Assembly: GCF_018350175.1 (NCBI RefSeq)
Contig: NC_058382.1
Span: 56,794,001-56,858,000 of the forward strand
Origin: Felis catus
Taxonomy: Eukaryota
DNA: 64,000 bases
Direction of reading: 5' to 3'
Below the pieces are notes generated by a model, which was not told the origin of the DNA, ran no database searches, and worked only from the letters and a program-made list of their open reading frames with translations. The number at the start of each line of letters is the position of its first letter. The first letter of the stretch is position 1. This document shows positions 61,966 through 64,000 of this stretch, in pieces. A program made the translations under genes and the position numbers.

Positions 61966-62178
61966 ATTTTTTTTTAATGTTTTTATTTATTTTTGAGACA
62001 GAGAGAGACAGAGCATGAGCAGGGGAGGGGCAGAGAGAGGGAGACACAGAATCTGAGGCAGGCTCCAGGCTCCGAGCCGTCAGCACAGAGCCTGATGCGG
62101 GGCTCGAACCCACGGACCGCAAGATCATGACCTGAGCCGAAGTCGGCCGCTCAACCGACTGAGCCACCCAGGCGCCCC
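61966..62178 (-). mobile_element. SINEC_Fc
   Basis: Full body; degenerate TSD aaaa(c/t)gcac(t/a)gatttta. Confidence 0.95.
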
Positions 62179-62289
62179 AAAAAATGCACAGATTTTAAGC
62201 GTACTGATTTTAAAACCGAGTTAAGGCAAGGAAGGCAGATTGGTCCGCGCTTACGAAAGACGTGTTGCGTTATGTGTCCGCCTTTTTCC

Positions 62290-63010
62290 GAACAGTCATG
62301 CTCTCTGATACCAGTAATTCCATTCCTGGGAATTTATCTCGAAGAAATTATCAGAAACGGTGTCAGTCTTAGGTACGAGGAAGCAGAGATTTGCATGCAG
62401 AGGCCTTTCCTGGAGCCTTATTTCTGGCAGCAGAAAGTTGGGAAACAGGCCGAGTGCCCCACAACAGGAGGCTTCGTGAATAAATCCTGGACCAGCCATA
62501 TGATGGTCTAATATGCAGTCACTGGGGCACCTGGGTGGCTCAGTCGGTGGAGCGTCCGACTTCGGCTCAGGTCATGATCTCACAGTCCGTGAGTTCAAGC
62601 CCCGCGTCGGGCTCTGGGCTGACAGCTCGGAGCCTGGAGCCTGCTTCGGATTCTGTGTCTTCCTCTCTCGCTGCTCCTCCCCTGCTCACATGCTGTCTGT
62701 CTCTCTCTCTCAAAAATAAATAAAGATTAACATGCAGTCATTAAAACTGTGTTTTCTAAGACTGTTGAAGCCAGGGGAAACTGCTCCTGAGATAAAGTAA
62801 AGCGGAAAATATAGAGCATCAAAGTTGGCAAACTGTGTGATGCCGATCCCATGTAGAGAAACTCCTGCATAAAATGCCCCCGCCAGACTGGGAGCGATTC
62901 TCTCAGGCTCCTGGAAGTATTGACGATTTTCCATTCTTTTCTTCACATTCTCTTTTATATTGTCAAGTTTTCTATGCTGAACACGTCGCTTTGATAAACA
63001 GAAAAATATT
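62290..63010 (+). mobile_element. Old L1M (L1ME-like) fragment interrupted by a SINE
   Basis: ccagtaattccattcctgggaatttatctcgaagaaatt...agttgggaaacaggccgagtgccccacaacagga (IPFLGIY...CPT, L1 ORF2 C-terminus-like). Confidence 0.65.
62524..62730 (+). mobile_element. SINEC_Fc
   Basis: ggggcacctgggtggctcagtcgg...; TSD core atgcagtca on both sides. Confidence 0.95.
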
Positions 63011-63897
63011 TTTTTTCAAGACACGAACAACAAGGATGCTGTAGGCAAACTACCCTTTCTGTCTGCAGACTCACCCAGCGGCGCTGTGTTCCTGTTGTCT
63101 GGTGTTGACAAGGGCTCGAATGCCGGCCTAGACCACCAGGCCCTGTGCCCATAATGGGAGCAAACTAGCAATTGCCTCCCGGGACGCCTCCCGCTCAGCT
63201 GTCACAGCATCCATTCGGCTGCACAAAACACTCCATCGAGATAACCCTGCAGACAGCAGGAGGAATAAAAAAGGCTTATTCCTCTGTAAGTCCCATAAAG
63301 ACATTTCTTGGCATCGAAAAAAACGGCACCCCGATTTCGCTAACCTGGGTTGTGGTGCAGAAGCGTCCCAGGCAGGGGGCTGGAAACCACTGCCTCTTCA
63401 GCCGCAGCCGTGATCTCCAGGGAGGCCTGGAGAGTAAAACCGCCTTGAGCGAGTGAAGGGAGAGATCTGTGTTTTGAACGTTTCCTCTTAGGTGGCGTTT
63501 CTAATCTGCCGTCCTTATGTTGTTAAGACAACCAATATAATAAGCAAAATTAGCAACGATTACCCCAAAAGGCACAATAAAACGCACTGTCGTTCTGGCC
63601 GTGAGGTCAGAGTATGAACACTCGGGTCGTTCTTCAAATCTCAGCAGAGCATATGCTGCTGGGCCCCTGCGGGAGACTCGTTCTGTGACCCAGCCCACCA
63701 CACCCCCTGCCACTCGGGACCCCAACGCGGGGCACTGCATGGTTTTCCCCTCGGTGCGTTTCCAGGGATTACACACTCCTTCCCTGGCAATTACACACTG
63801 ACTGTTCTCAGAACTGAATTTAAGCTCCGTTAGAAAACTGTTGAAAGCCCTCGGGGCTCATTTTTCACCAGATTGAAATCTGTAATGTTACTGTAAT

Positions 63898-63931
<34 letters not shown>

Positions 63932-64000
63932 AATCTTCCGAAGTTCAATTGGAATTTTTTTCTATGAACTCAGTAATAAGGGTCCAGTTTCAGGAAAATC

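Larger units (their letters stand above)
41247..64000 (+). other. CDH13: 5' part of a long CDH13 intron (next exon outside the window)
   Basis: No continuation of EC4 (expected to begin YSVYKDP-like, from recall) is seen downstream. Confidence 0.8.

Noticed and set aside
15208..62723. Recurrent ORFs such as AQSVKRPTSAQVMISRSVSSSPASGS suggesting a peptide family
   Set aside because: Translations of dispersed SINEC_Fc copies.
63901..63929. Long poly(A) runs here and at 2697-2722 as processed-pseudogene tails
   Set aside because: No upstream coding homology or clear TSD; treated as simple mononucleotide repeats.

Overview
Mammalian genomic DNA, almost certainly from a felid given its 26 Can-SINE/SINEC copies, most of SINEC_Fc type. 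The whole window appears to lie inside the + strand gene CDH13 (T-cadherin). Only two coding exons are present: 33610-33792 (183 nt, phase 0-0) and 40993-41246 (254 nt, phase 0-2). Both have canonical AG/GT boundaries and together encode cadherin repeat EC3 and the start of EC4; from recall they correspond to human exons 9 and 10. The rest is intron, containing SINEC elements, MIR and L2 relics, old L1M fragments, MaLR (MLT1) solo LTRs, DNA transposon fossils (MER20, MER5, MER58, MER82-like), a GC-rich ~20-bp minisatellite, microsatellites and a few AT-rich, repeat-free stretches that could be regulatory. I found no convincing new biological system, CRISPR array, RNA gene or second protein-coding gene; nearly all ORFs in the track are repeat or GC-content artefacts. 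The best leads are a recursive-splice/21-nt in-frame micro-exon motif at ~10.7 kb, a tandem +4 splice donor on the second exon, inverted SINEs bracketing the exon pair (possible circRNA or A-to-I editing), a SOX/FOX/homeobox-dense candidate enhancer at ~49.6-50.4 kb, and several recent micro-rearrangements of SINEs. Repeat family names are by-eye recognition with approximate boundaries and need RepeatMasker/Dfam confirmation.
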